From Candidatus Omnitrophota bacterium (lineage in GTDB: Bacteria; Omnitrophota; Gorgyraeia; Zapsychrales; Zapsychraceae), in NCBI GenBank assembly GCA_015233495.1, contig JADFXQ010000004.1, positions 49,227-69,226 on the forward strand: a stretch of 20,000 bases of DNA, given 5' to 3'. The notes beneath the pieces are model-generated. The model had not been told where the DNA came from. It did not search any database and saw only the letters and a program-made list of their open reading frames with translations. The translations under genes were made by a program, and so were the position numbers. Of the stretch, positions 6,307 through 15,347 are shown one piece after another (the stretch's first letter is position 1; every line of letters begins with the position of its first letter).

Positions 6307-7926
6307 ATGTCATTGACATTAAAAAAATTGGATAATTTTCAGGGCCGGCCGGGGCCGTTGTTGTTGATCATTATGGACGGCGTGGGGATTGGCAAACAGG
6401 ATGCCAGCGACGGCGTATTTATGGCGCGCCCGGCTTGTTTAAATGGGTTGATGCAGAGCGGACTTTATGCGTGTTTGCAGGCTCACGGCAAAGCCGTTGG
6501 AATGCCGTCGGACGCGGATATGGGAAACAGTGAAGTCGGGCATAATGCTTTAGGCGCGGGCCGGGTGTTTGCCCAAGGCGCCACTTTGGTGCAGCAGGCA
6601 ATCGACCAGGGGGAGATTTTTAAATCGGATCTCTGGGGTCAATTGATCGGCCGCGGCAAAAATAACACTTTACATTTCATCGGGCTTTTATCCGACGGAA
6701 ACGTTCATTCGCATATTGAGCATTTGTTCGCCCTGGTGCGCCAATGCGCTGCCGCGGGCGTCAAAAAGGTCCGCCTGCATATTTTGCTTGACGGGCGCGA
6801 TGTTTATGAGAAATCCGCTTTAACCTATATTGAAAAAACCGAGTCCTTATTAACGCAGTTGAATCGCGACCACGGCGTCGATTACCGGATCGCCTCAGGA
6901 GGCGGCCGTATGGTCGTGACTATGGACCGTTATGGCGCGGATTGGAAAATAGTCAAAACCGGATGGGACGCGCATGTTTTGGGAAAAGGCCGGCAGTTTT
7001 CCGCGGCGGCTGCAGCGGTCGCGACTTATTATCGAGAAGATCCGACAATCACCGATCAATATATGAACGCCTTTGTCATTGTCGAAAACGGCCGGCCGGT
7101 CGGCACGATACAGGACGGGGACGCGGTGGTGTTTTTCAATTTCCGCGGCGACCGGGCAATCGAATTGTCTCAGGCCTTTGATGATCCGGATTTTAAACAA
7201 TTCGACCGGGAACGTGTTCCCGAGGTTTTGTTCGCCGGGATGATGGAATACGATGGGGATTTGCATGTGCCGCGGCATTTTTTAGTGAATCCTCCGGCGA
7301 TTGACCGGACCATCAGCGAATATTTATGCGCCCAGGGAATCAAATCCTTCGCGATTTCCGAAACGCAAAAATACGGGCACGTCACGTATTTTTGGAATGG
7401 CAACAAGTCCGGATATGTGGACCCGAAATTGGAATTATACGTCGAGATTCCTTCGGATAAAATACGGTTTGACCAGAAGCCGGATATGCAGGCAAGAGAA
7501 ATCACTGCGAAAACCATTGAACTGTTAAAAAGCGGCCAATATAAATTCGGCCGGCTGAATTTCGCCAACGGCGACATGGTCGGACACACGGGAATAGAAC
7601 CGGCAATTATCCGCGCGGTTGCCACGGTTGACGCTTGTGTAGCTGAATTAATATCAGTCGTCAACGCGCTTGGCGGGATTACCGTCGTCACCGCGGATCA
7701 TGGGAATGCCGATGAAATGTTTACTTTGAAAAAAGGCGAGAAAATCGTCAGCACCGCGCATTCGCTCAACCCGGTGCCGTTCGCGATAGTTGACAGCCAA
7801 TATCGCCAGGAATATCGGATGGCGGATTTATCTTTTAAAGGCCTGTCAAATGTAGCGGCGACCTTGATGAATCTTTTGGGTTACGATAAACCGGAAGATT
7901 ATGATCCGTCGTTGATTGTCTTCTAA
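6307..7926 (+). CDS. gpmI: 2,3-bisphosphoglycerate-independent phosphoglycerate mutase
   Basis: IIMDGVG, MGNSEVGH (phosphoserine site), LSDGNVHSH, DGRD, NFRGDRA, DMVGHTG, TADHGNA; RBS AGGAG. Confidence 0.96.
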   Translation: MSLTLKKLDNFQGRPGPLLLIIMDGVGIGKQDASDGVFMARPACLNGLMQSGLYACLQAHGKAVGMPSDADMGNSEVGHNALGAGRVFAQGATLVQQAIDQGEIFKSDLWGQLIGRGKNNTLHFIGLLSDGNVHSHIEHLFALVRQCAAAGVKKVRLHILLDGRDVYEKSALTYIEKTESLLTQLNRDHGVDYRIASGGGRMVVTMDRYGADWKIVKTGWDAHVLGKGRQFSAAAAAVATYYREDPTITDQYMNAFVIVENGRPVGTIQDGDAVVFFNFRGDRAIELSQAFDDPDFKQFDRERVPEVLFAGMMEYDGDLHVPRHFLVNPPAIDRTISEYLCAQGIKSFAISETQKYGHVTYFWNGNKSGYVDPKLELYVEIPSDKIRFDQKPDMQAREITAKTIELLKSGQYKFGRLNFANGDMVGHTGIEPAIIRAVATVDACVAELISVVNALGGITVVTADHGNADEMFTLKKGEKIVSTAHSLNPVPFAIVDSQYRQEYRMADLSFKGLSNVAATLMNLLGYDKPEDYDPSLIVF

Positions 7927-7939
7927 GAAGGATGGCCTA

Positions 7940-9613
7940 ATGGGGAAGCGGTTTTTTTACAGTCACTTAACATCCATTTTTGCCTTACTGGTTTTAGCCT
8001 ATTTTTTCCTCATGCTTGGCAACGGATCCGTCAGTCTCACCCATCCGGACGAAGTCTTTTACATCGACAGCGCAAAAGAAATGCTAGCTCATAATAGCTG
8101 GTTCACTCCGATGATTTTTGATCATATCCAATTTGAAAAGCCTTTTTTGGCTTTCGCGATGTTTATGACCGCGATAAAAGCCTTTGGCCTTAATCCGGCC
8201 GCAGCGCGGTTTTTTCCCGCCTTGTTCGCAATCATCGGTGTGATGTCGGTTTACGGCATTGCCATAATTTTATTTCGCAATCGCCGGGTGGCTTTTTTGT
8301 CCGGTTTAGTTTTGGCTACTAGTTTCATTTACATGGCTTTGGCGCGCGCTGTGCTTACCGACATGATTTTCACGACCTGGGTCAGTTTGTCGACTGGCGC
8401 TTTTTGTCTGGCTTATTATTCCCGGGAAAAGCGGGCGGGAGCAACGCTGGCCGCTTTTGTGTTCATGGCGGCAGCCGTGTTGACCAAAGGTTTATTGGGA
8501 ATTTGTTTCCCTCTGACCACCTTGATTTTATTTTTAATTTATCAGCGGGATTTAAAATTTTTATGGCAGGGTTCCATGGTCTGGGGTTTTCTATTAATGT
8601 TAGCATTGGCCGTTCCTTGGCACGTCATGATGTATCAGCGCTATGGCGACTTTTTTTTGTATGAATATTTTGGCAATGTGCATATTCGGCGTTTATATGC
8701 GGCGGAACATCCTAAACTCAATACGCCTTTTTTTTATCCGGGTTTGATGTTCGCCGGGATTATGCCCTGGAGTTTGTTTTGGTTTCCGGCGGCGCAAAAT
8801 GTGTGGCAGCGGTTTCAGGAAAAATCCGGCGACCGGGATAAAATCTTTTTTTTGCTGGCCTGGATGTTGGCGATTTTAGCGTTTATTCAACCCGCGGCTT
8901 CAAAATTGGCGAGTTATGTGTTTCCTTTATTTCCAGCCGTCGCGATTTTTATTGCTTATTATTTAGACCGCGCCTTATCATTATCCGTGTCTACGGGGAA
9001 CAACCGCGGTTTAGCGGGGTGCGGTTACGCGATGAGCCTGATTTTATGGGGAATCGCCGGCGGGGGGATATTGGCGGGTTTGAAATACCCCGCAGTCATC
9101 AAAGAGATGACTCCGGTATATATTACGGCTGGCGCAGCTGTCGTTGTAGCTTTATTGATTTTCACAGCGGCGCGGCAAGGCAATTTTATCCGCATGATTT
9201 TTTTCTTCCCGGCTTTGAGCGGGGTTTTGTTGTTAGCGCTATTTCTGGGACGGCCTTATGCGGAGCCGTGGGTGTCTTGTCAGGACGTCAGCCGAGCCCT
9301 GCTAAAGGAGGATACCTCCGGCAATCCGGTCATTGCCAGCAAGTTTTATGTCCGGGGTGTCTGGTATTACACTGGTTTGCCGACGGCGGTTATGGATATC
9401 AATGGGGAAGGATTTTGGAGCCCGCATCCCATTCCGTTTTTAAATGACGATAAAAAGGTTTTGGAATTTTTGCTCCAACAAAAAGTAACGTTCGCAGTAG
9501 TGAAAGAAAGCAATAGCCAAGACTTAAAACGGATTCTCGCGAATCAGCCTTTTCGTTCGCGGGAGCTCTATGGCAAAGCGGGGAAATATATTTTGAGGAT
9601 TGAAAAACAGTAG
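7940..9613 (+). CDS. GT-C fold membrane glycosyltransferase, ArnT/PMT (GT83/GT39)-like
   Basis: PDEVFY, FEKP and LTKG motifs, many hydrophobic segments, soluble C-terminal domain; ATG 7940 has RBS AAGGA (preferred over TTG 7916). Confidence 0.85.
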   Translation: MGKRFFYSHLTSIFALLVLAYFFLMLGNGSVSLTHPDEVFYIDSAKEMLAHNSWFTPMIFDHIQFEKPFLAFAMFMTAIKAFGLNPAAARFFPALFAIIGVMSVYGIAIILFRNRRVAFLSGLVLATSFIYMALARAVLTDMIFTTWVSLSTGAFCLAYYSREKRAGATLAAFVFMAAAVLTKGLLGICFPLTTLILFLIYQRDLKFLWQGSMVWGFLLMLALAVPWHVMMYQRYGDFFLYEYFGNVHIRRLYAAEHPKLNTPFFYPGLMFAGIMPWSLFWFPAAQNVWQRFQEKSGDRDKIFFLLAWMLAILAFIQPAASKLASYVFPLFPAVAIFIAYYLDRALSLSVSTGNNRGLAGCGYAMSLILWGIAGGGILAGLKYPAVIKEMTPVYITAGAAVVVALLIFTAARQGNFIRMIFFFPALSGVLLLALFLGRPYAEPWVSCQDVSRALLKEDTSGNPVIASKFYVRGVWYYTGLPTAVMDINGEGFWSPHPIPFLNDDKKVLEFLLQQKVTFAVVKESNSQDLKRILANQPFRSRELYGKAGKYILRIEKQ

Positions 9614-9654
9614 ACGCCGTATAGCGGGCGGGGAACAGGGAGCGGCGGACAGTC

Positions 9655-10530
9655 ATGATATTTGAACTGCAAATAACCAATGTCCCTGACTTGGAGCAGC
9701 TGCGCTCGATTTTGGCAGGCGCGGGAATCACGGCTGTGGATTTGGCAGAAATTGACCAGCCGGGTGATCTGCCCGCTTTGGCGATTTATCGGGAATCCTC
9801 GGCGGAGACAAGGCGGTTACGGGCCGCTTTCAGAAAAATTATTCCGGTGGAATGCGGCTTGATTTTGCGGGAGCTTAAAGTTGCGGATTGGCGGGATAAA
9901 TGGAAAGAAGATTTTCAAGCTTTTCAATTGTCATCGCGGTTTGACGTTGTCCCGGCTTGGGACACAAAATATCTTCCTACGCCAAGAATGCCGATCCGTA
10001 TGGATACTAGCCTGGCCTTTGGCACGGGTTTGCATGAAACAACCCGATTCATGGTAAAGCTTTTGGAAGGCGTTATTGAGCAGGTGGATAGTTTTTTTGA
10101 TATTGGCGCCGGCACCGGCATTCTGGCGATCGCGGCATCTTTTTTGGGAGTCAAATTGGTAGAGGCCGTTGAAATCGACCCGGACGCGGTTAAAGTGGCA
10201 CGGCAAAATTTTCGCCGCAACAAATTGTCCGTTCCGCGGATTTTTCGCCAAGATATTGGCAAATGTCTGCGGCATAAACAATATGATTACGTAGCCGCGA
10301 ATTTGATTACCCCGGATTTGATGCGCTTGAGCGATAAAATTGTTTCATTTGTTGCCCCGGGAAAATATTTGGCGCTATCCGGGATTTCTTTGGAAAATTA
10401 TGACTTGATCAGAAAACACTTTTCTAAATATCCTTTTCATTACGTTAAAGCGGTCAAAGGCAAAGAATGGGTAGCGCTGTTGTGCCGCAGGACAGCAGAC
10501 AATAGACGTTGGACCGGTGAGCTTCGATAA
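9655..10530 (+). CDS. prmA: Ribosomal protein L11 methyltransferase
   Basis: DWRDKWK, VVPAW, AFGTGLHETT, SAM motif FDIGAGTGILAI, VAANL, LSGI. Confidence 0.9.
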   Translation: MIFELQITNVPDLEQLRSILAGAGITAVDLAEIDQPGDLPALAIYRESSAETRRLRAAFRKIIPVECGLILRELKVADWRDKWKEDFQAFQLSSRFDVVPAWDTKYLPTPRMPIRMDTSLAFGTGLHETTRFMVKLLEGVIEQVDSFFDIGAGTGILAIAASFLGVKLVEAVEIDPDAVKVARQNFRRNKLSVPRIFRQDIGKCLRHKQYDYVAANLITPDLMRLSDKIVSFVAPGKYLALSGISLENYDLIRKHFSKYPFHYVKAVKGKEWVALLCRRTADNRRWTGELR

Positions 10531-10533
10531 AAT

Positions 10534-11349
10534 ATGCGCCAATATTTAGAGCTTGTTCAACATGTTCTTGATCACGGGGAGACCAAAAAGGACCGCACTG
10601 GCACGGGAACCATTTCGGTATTTGGGTATCAAATGCGGTTTGATTTGCGCGAAGGGTTTCCGATTGTTACCACGAAAAAAATTTTATTCCCAGCGGTGGT
10701 TTGGGAGCTGTTGTGGTTTTTACGCGGGTCGACCAATATTCAGGATGATTTGACGCAACACACCCCGATCTGGAATGCCTGGGCGAATAACCAGGGCGAG
10801 CTCGGTCCGGTTTATGGGTATCAGTGGCGCAAGTGGGATAAATTCACTTGGGATGATCAAGCGCGGCAATACCGTAAAGAACATATCGATCAAATCCGCC
10901 AGGCTTTGGCAATGATCGAAACGGATCCTGATTCACGTCGGATTATTATCAGCGCTTGGAACGTGGCCGATTTATACCGGATGGCTTTGCCGCCTTGTCA
11001 CGCGTTTTTTCAATTTGGGGTGGTGAAGGGACGTTTGGATTGTCAGTTGTACCAACGTTCCGCGGACATTGCGCTTGGCGTGCCTTTTAACATCAGCAGT
11101 TACGCTTTATTATTAGCGATGTTTGCCCAAGAATGCGGATTAACGCCGGGATTTTTTATTCATACTTTGGGCGACGCCCATATCTACCTTAACCACATCG
11201 AAGGGTTAAAAACGCAATTGAACCGCGTTCCGAAAAAATTGCCGAGTTTGCTTTTGCCGTCTAAGCCGGTTTTAGAAATGAGGTTTGCGGACATTGAACT
11301 GGTCGATTATCAATATGCTGATTTTATAAAATTCCCGATTGCCGTATGA
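10534..11349 (+). CDS. thyA: Thymidylate synthase
   Basis: [23 protein letters not shown], catalytic [27 protein letters not shown]. Confidence 0.97.
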   Translation: MRQYLELVQHVLDHGETKKDRTGTGTISVFGYQMRFDLREGFPIVTTKKILFPAVVWELLWFLRGSTNIQDDLTQHTPIWNAWANNQGELGPVYGYQWRKWDKFTWDDQARQYRKEHIDQIRQALAMIETDPDSRRIIISAWNVADLYRMALPPCHAFFQFGVVKGRLDCQLYQRSADIALGVPFNISSYALLLAMFAQECGLTPGFFIHTLGDAHIYLNHIEGLKTQLNRVPKKLPSLLLPSKPVLEMRFADIELVDYQYADFIKFPIAV

Positions 11350-11888
11350 AAACAAAATTTTCCATGATTGCCGCAGTTGACGCCAACTTGGGGATAGGCC
11401 GGGAAGGGAAGCTGCCCTGGTCGATTGCTCCGGATATGCGGCATTTTAAAGAATTGACTTTAGCCGCGCCGCCGGGGAAAAAAAATGTCGTGGTCATGGG
11501 ACGCAAAACCTGGGAATCTCTCCCCGAGAAATTTCGACCGCTTCCCGGGCGTTGGAATGCGGTGATTTCCTCTCAGCGCGATTTTGGATTGCCGCAGGAA
11601 GTTTTACTCTCGCCGGATTTCCGGTCGGTTTTTTCTTCGCTCGAAAAATTATGGGGTGACACGGTGGGGGAAATTTTTATTATCGGCGGGGCAGCAGTTT
11701 TCAAAGAGGGTTTAAATGACGCCGGTTGTGAACGGTTGTATCTGACGCGGATCTTAAAGGATTTTTGCTGTGATGTTTTTTTTCCGGCTTTCGAGCCGGG
11801 GTTCGCCTTAACGCAGGAATCTCCGCCGGGGACTTTTTGCGGAATCGAATATTATTTTGCCGAGTATCGGCGGAGATTGAGAAAATAA
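11346..11888 (+). CDS. folA: Dihydrofolate reductase
   Basis: [46 protein letters not shown] overlap with the thyA stop. Confidence 0.96.
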   Translation: MKTKFSMIAAVDANLGIGREGKLPWSIAPDMRHFKELTLAAPPGKKNVVVMGRKTWESLPEKFRPLPGRWNAVISSQRDFGLPQEVLLSPDFRSVFSSLEKLWGDTVGEIFIIGGAAVFKEGLNDAGCERLYLTRILKDFCCDVFFPAFEPGFALTQESPPGTFCGIEYYFAEYRRRLRK

Positions 11889-11919
11889 ACAAGGCGTAGC
11901 TTTTTTTCAAATTATCATT

Positions 11920-11925
11920 TATAAT
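11920..11925 (+). promoter_or_regulatory. Possible -10 box for the REC-EAL gene
   Basis: Consensus TATAAT in AT-rich intergenic DNA; -35 weak (TAGCTT at 17 bp). Confidence 0.35.
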
Positions 11926-11996
11926 AGAAATAGAAACATTGACGGGTGATTATTTATCCTATTGGCTGTAAGGGCCAACTGATCCTGTGAGTTTAT

Positions 11997-13181
11997 ATGC
12001 CGGATAAACGCCTCTCCGATAAATCTATTCTTCTCATCGATGACGATGACTCCCTCAGACAGACCCTGGCCATGCTTTTTGAAACCCGCGGATATAAAGT
12101 AACCACAGCGGCTACCGGTCAAGAGGCTTTACAGCGCGTGGCCTCCCGGCCGGATTTGATTCTTTTAGATTTGATGCTGCCGGACCAAAATGGATTTGAT
12201 GTTTGCCGCAAATTGAAATCGGACGCGCACGCCAGTTTAACTCCGATCATTATTTTGAGCGCCAAAATTTTATCCGGCGACATTGTGGAAGGGCTTTATC
12301 TCGGCGCGGACGATTATTTGACCAAGCCTTTTGATTTCGAAGAGTTGGTCGCGCGCGTGGAAGCGGTGATGCGCCGGGCCAGCGTTTTTCGGAAAAGTTT
12401 GACCAATCAAACGCGCGAAGAAGAAGTCATTGTAGAACTGCGCCGCATCATCGAAGATCGGAGGGTGTCTTCTTTTTTTCAGCCGATCTACGCGTTGCCC
12501 TCCGGCGATGTTTTCGGATATGAAATTTTAACCCGGCCGGACAGCAGCGCTTTATTGGCGAATCCCGAGCTTTTATTTAAAGCGGCATTGCAGTTCGGCT
12601 GCTACGAGGAATTGGAATTCTTAGGTTGGGAAATGGCTTTGCAAAGATGTCAGGGGATCCCTCCGAAACAAAAAATGTTTTTTAACTGCAACCCTTATTT
12701 TGTCGAAGGGACCCAAATTTCCCAAGTTAAAAATTTGTTCGCTAAACATAACGTTGATTCCCGCGATGTGGTTCTGGAAATCACCGAACGTTCAGCGATC
12801 GGTGATTATCACGGTTTTTTCAATCAGCTGCGGATCTATCGTGATTATGGCTTCAGTTTTGCCGTGGATGATGTCGGAGGAGGGTATTCCAGCTTGGAGT
12901 CGATTGTGGAGACCAAACCGGAGATTGTGAAAATTGATTATCATATAATCAATGGGATTGATCGCGATAATATCAAAAAAAGTTTGGTGAAATTTGTTTT
13001 AGCTTTTTCCCGGGAAAACCATATCCGGGTGGTAGCGGAAGGAATTGAAACCGAAGCGGAATTAAACACGGTTCAGAAATTAGGCGTTGAGCTTGGGCAA
13101 GGTTATTATTTGTGCCGGCCGAAGCAGAATATAAGTTCCATTCCTCCCAATTGTTTTCTTGCGGAAATTCCCGCGAAATAA
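11997..13181 (+). CDS. Response regulator with receiver and EAL domains (c-di-GMP phosphodiesterase)
   Basis: REC: ILLIDDD, LILLDLMLP, GADDYLTKPF. EAL: FQPI, YEILTR, LEITE, AVDDVGGGYSSL, VKID, VAEGIE, GQGY. Confidence 0.93.
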   Translation: MPDKRLSDKSILLIDDDDSLRQTLAMLFETRGYKVTTAATGQEALQRVASRPDLILLDLMLPDQNGFDVCRKLKSDAHASLTPIIILSAKILSGDIVEGLYLGADDYLTKPFDFEELVARVEAVMRRASVFRKSLTNQTREEEVIVELRRIIEDRRVSSFFQPIYALPSGDVFGYEILTRPDSSALLANPELLFKAALQFGCYEELEFLGWEMALQRCQGIPPKQKMFFNCNPYFVEGTQISQVKNLFAKHNVDSRDVVLEITERSAIGDYHGFFNQLRIYRDYGFSFAVDDVGGGYSSLESIVETKPEIVKIDYHIINGIDRDNIKKSLVKFVLAFSRENHIRVVAEGIETEAELNTVQKLGVELGQGYYLCRPKQNISSIPPNCFLAEIPAK

Positions 13182-13214
13182 TTATTTTACTCCTCGCGAT
13201 ATTCAAAGATTGAA

Positions 13215-13242
13215 TTGCTTTTGATAATTATTTAAGTATAAT
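13215..13242 (+). promoter_or_regulatory. Sigma70-type promoter for the glgB cluster
   Basis: TTGCTT (13215-13220), 16-bp spacer, TATAAT (13237-13242). Confidence 0.5.
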
Positions 13243-13291
13243 AAACACAAATTTTCGTATCGGGCTTTTTTTCGTAACAGCTTGAAATTTC

Positions 13292-15343
13292 ATGACTAAA
13301 AAACTTCCGGAAAATTTTTTGTTGCCTGAAATGTCTTCATCGGGACCAGCTTTCGGTCAGCCATCGACCGCGGTTGATTTTACCTTGCAAAATACCGCTG
13401 AACAGAACGCGTCCCATCTAAGATATGCGGGTTTCAAAGGATCTTTTCTTACCGATCAGGATATTTATCTCTTTAAAGAAGGCACGCATTATCATTTATT
13501 TGACAAATTGGGGGCACATCCGGCGGTGTTCAACCAGGTGGCGGGTGTTCATTTTGCCGTTTGGGCGCCGAACGCCTCGTATGTCGCGGTTATCGGAGAT
13601 TTTAACGGCTGGGATAAAGGCGCGCATCATTTGACCGGCCGCGCGGACGGGTCCGGGATTTGGGAATGTTTTGTCCCGGGCGCCTGCAAAGGACAAAAAT
13701 ACAAATATTTTATCCATTCTCGATTCGATAATTTTCAAATTGATAAAGCCGATCCCTACGCGTTTTTTAGTGAAAATCCCCCGCATACCGCGTCGGTGAT
13801 TTGGGATTTGGACTATGCCTGGAACGACTCTGATTGGATGAAGCGTCGGTCTCAGTCCAATTCTCACCGGGCGCCGCTTTCTATTTATGAAGTTCATCTG
13901 GGATCATGGCGGCGCAAAAGCCATGAAGGCAATCGGGCGCTCACTTATCGGGAATTGGCAGTCGAATTGGTCCAATATTTGAAAGATATCGGCTTCACGC
14001 ACGTTGAGTTTATGCCAGTCATGGAACATCCGTTTTCCGGATCCTGGGGATATCAGACCACCGGATATTTCGCGCCTACTTCGCGTCACGGCACGCCGCA
14101 GGATTTTATGTTTTTGATTGACGCTTTGCACCAGGCGGGAATCGGGGTGATTTTGGATTGGGTGCCGTCGCATTTTCCTTCCGACGGTCATGGTCTGGCG
14201 TATTTTGACGGGACTCATTTGTTTGAGCATTCCGACCCGCGCAAAGGTTTTCATCCGGATTGGAAATGTTATGTCTTTAACAATGGCCGCAATGAGATCA
14301 AAGAATTTTTGATTTCCAGCGCTATGTTTTGGCTGGAAAAATACCACGCGGACGGGATCCGGGTCGACGCGGTGGCCTCAATGCTGTATCTGGATTATTC
14401 CCGGCAAGAGGGAGATTGGGCGCCCAATATTTACGGGGGCCGGGAGAATTTGGAATCGATAGCTTTTATTCAAAACCTTAATAAAGCCGTGTATCATTTT
14501 CACCCAGACATTCAGATGATCGCGGAAGAATCGACGGCCTGGGGAAATGTTTCCCGGCCCGTGCATATCGGAGGTTTGGGCTTTGGCATGAAGTGGAACA
14601 TGGGATGGATGCATGACACCTTAGTTTATTTTTCCAAAGATCCGGTTTACCGAAAATATCACCAGAATGATTTAACGTTCAGTATGCTTTATGCCTATAC
14701 CGAGAATTTTTTATTATCCTTATCGCACGACGAGGTAGTGCACGGCAAAGGATCTTTGATCACGAAAATGCCCAATGACGATTGGCAAAAATTTGCCAAT
14801 CTGCGGCTTTTGTTCGGTTATATGTACGGTCATCCGGGCAAGAAATTGATTTTTATGGGGGGGGAATTGGCCCAGTGGTCGGAGTGGCGGCATGAGGGCA
14901 GTTTGGATTGGCATCTTTTGCAATATGACCGCCATCAGGGCGTTTATCAGTGGATGAAAGATCTGAACCACTTATACAGCCGTGAGCTGGCGTTGCACAC
15001 TTATGATTTTGAGCCGAAAGGTTTTCTCTGGATCGACGCCGGAGATTGGGAAAAGAGCATTCTTAATTTCACCCGCCGGGCAGATCGGCGCTTGGAGGAT
15101 ATTTTGGTGGTTGCCAATTTTACGCCCACCCCCCGGGAAAATTATTTGGTAGGCGTGCCGACCAAAGGGACTTGGAAAGTTTTGCTTAATAGCGATGATC
15201 CCCGGTATTTTGGCAGTGGTTACGCGCCGCAGTTGGGATATTCCACCCAACCGGTGGCTTATCACGGTCATAAACAGTCCATCTGTTTGCAGATTCCTCC
15301 TTTAAGCGTGATGTTTTTAAAGCGTGAGACGGCGTTGGCTTAA
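13292..15343 (+). CDS. glgB: 1,4-alpha-glucan branching enzyme (GH13); start uncertain
   Basis: FAVWAPNA, IYEVHLGSW, SWGYQ, DWVPSHF, RVDAVASMLY, IAEEST, KWNMGWMHD, SHDEVVHGK. Confidence 0.96.
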   Translation: MTKKLPENFLLPEMSSSGPAFGQPSTAVDFTLQNTAEQNASHLRYAGFKGSFLTDQDIYLFKEGTHYHLFDKLGAHPAVFNQVAGVHFAVWAPNASYVAVIGDFNGWDKGAHHLTGRADGSGIWECFVPGACKGQKYKYFIHSRFDNFQIDKADPYAFFSENPPHTASVIWDLDYAWNDSDWMKRRSQSNSHRAPLSIYEVHLGSWRRKSHEGNRALTYRELAVELVQYLKDIGFTHVEFMPVMEHPFSGSWGYQTTGYFAPTSRHGTPQDFMFLIDALHQAGIGVILDWVPSHFPSDGHGLAYFDGTHLFEHSDPRKGFHPDWKCYVFNNGRNEIKEFLISSAMFWLEKYHADGIRVDAVASMLYLDYSRQEGDWAPNIYGGRENLESIAFIQNLNKAVYHFHPDIQMIAEESTAWGNVSRPVHIGGLGFGMKWNMGWMHDTLVYFSKDPVYRKYHQNDLTFSMLYAYTENFLLSLSHDEVVHGKGSLITKMPNDDWQKFANLRLLFGYMYGHPGKKLIFMGGELAQWSEWRHEGSLDWHLLQYDRHQGVYQWMKDLNHLYSRELALHTYDFEPKGFLWIDAGDWEKSILNFTRRADRRLEDILVVANFTPTPRENYLVGVPTKGTWKVLLNSDDPRYFGSGYAPQLGYSTQPVAYHGHKQSICLQIPPLSVMFLKRETALA

Positions 15344-15347
15344 TCAT

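Noticed and set aside
11939..11990. Possible riboswitch (c-di-GMP or fluoride) upstream of the REC-EAL gene
   Set aside because: Only a short TTGGC/GCCAA stem; the consensus nucleotides of those riboswitches are absent
13201..13215. ATTCA-N5-TGAAT inverted repeat beside the glgB promoter, similar to the fba half-sites
   Set aside because: Half-sites are in the opposite arrangement and only 5 bp long in AT-rich DNA; chance is likely
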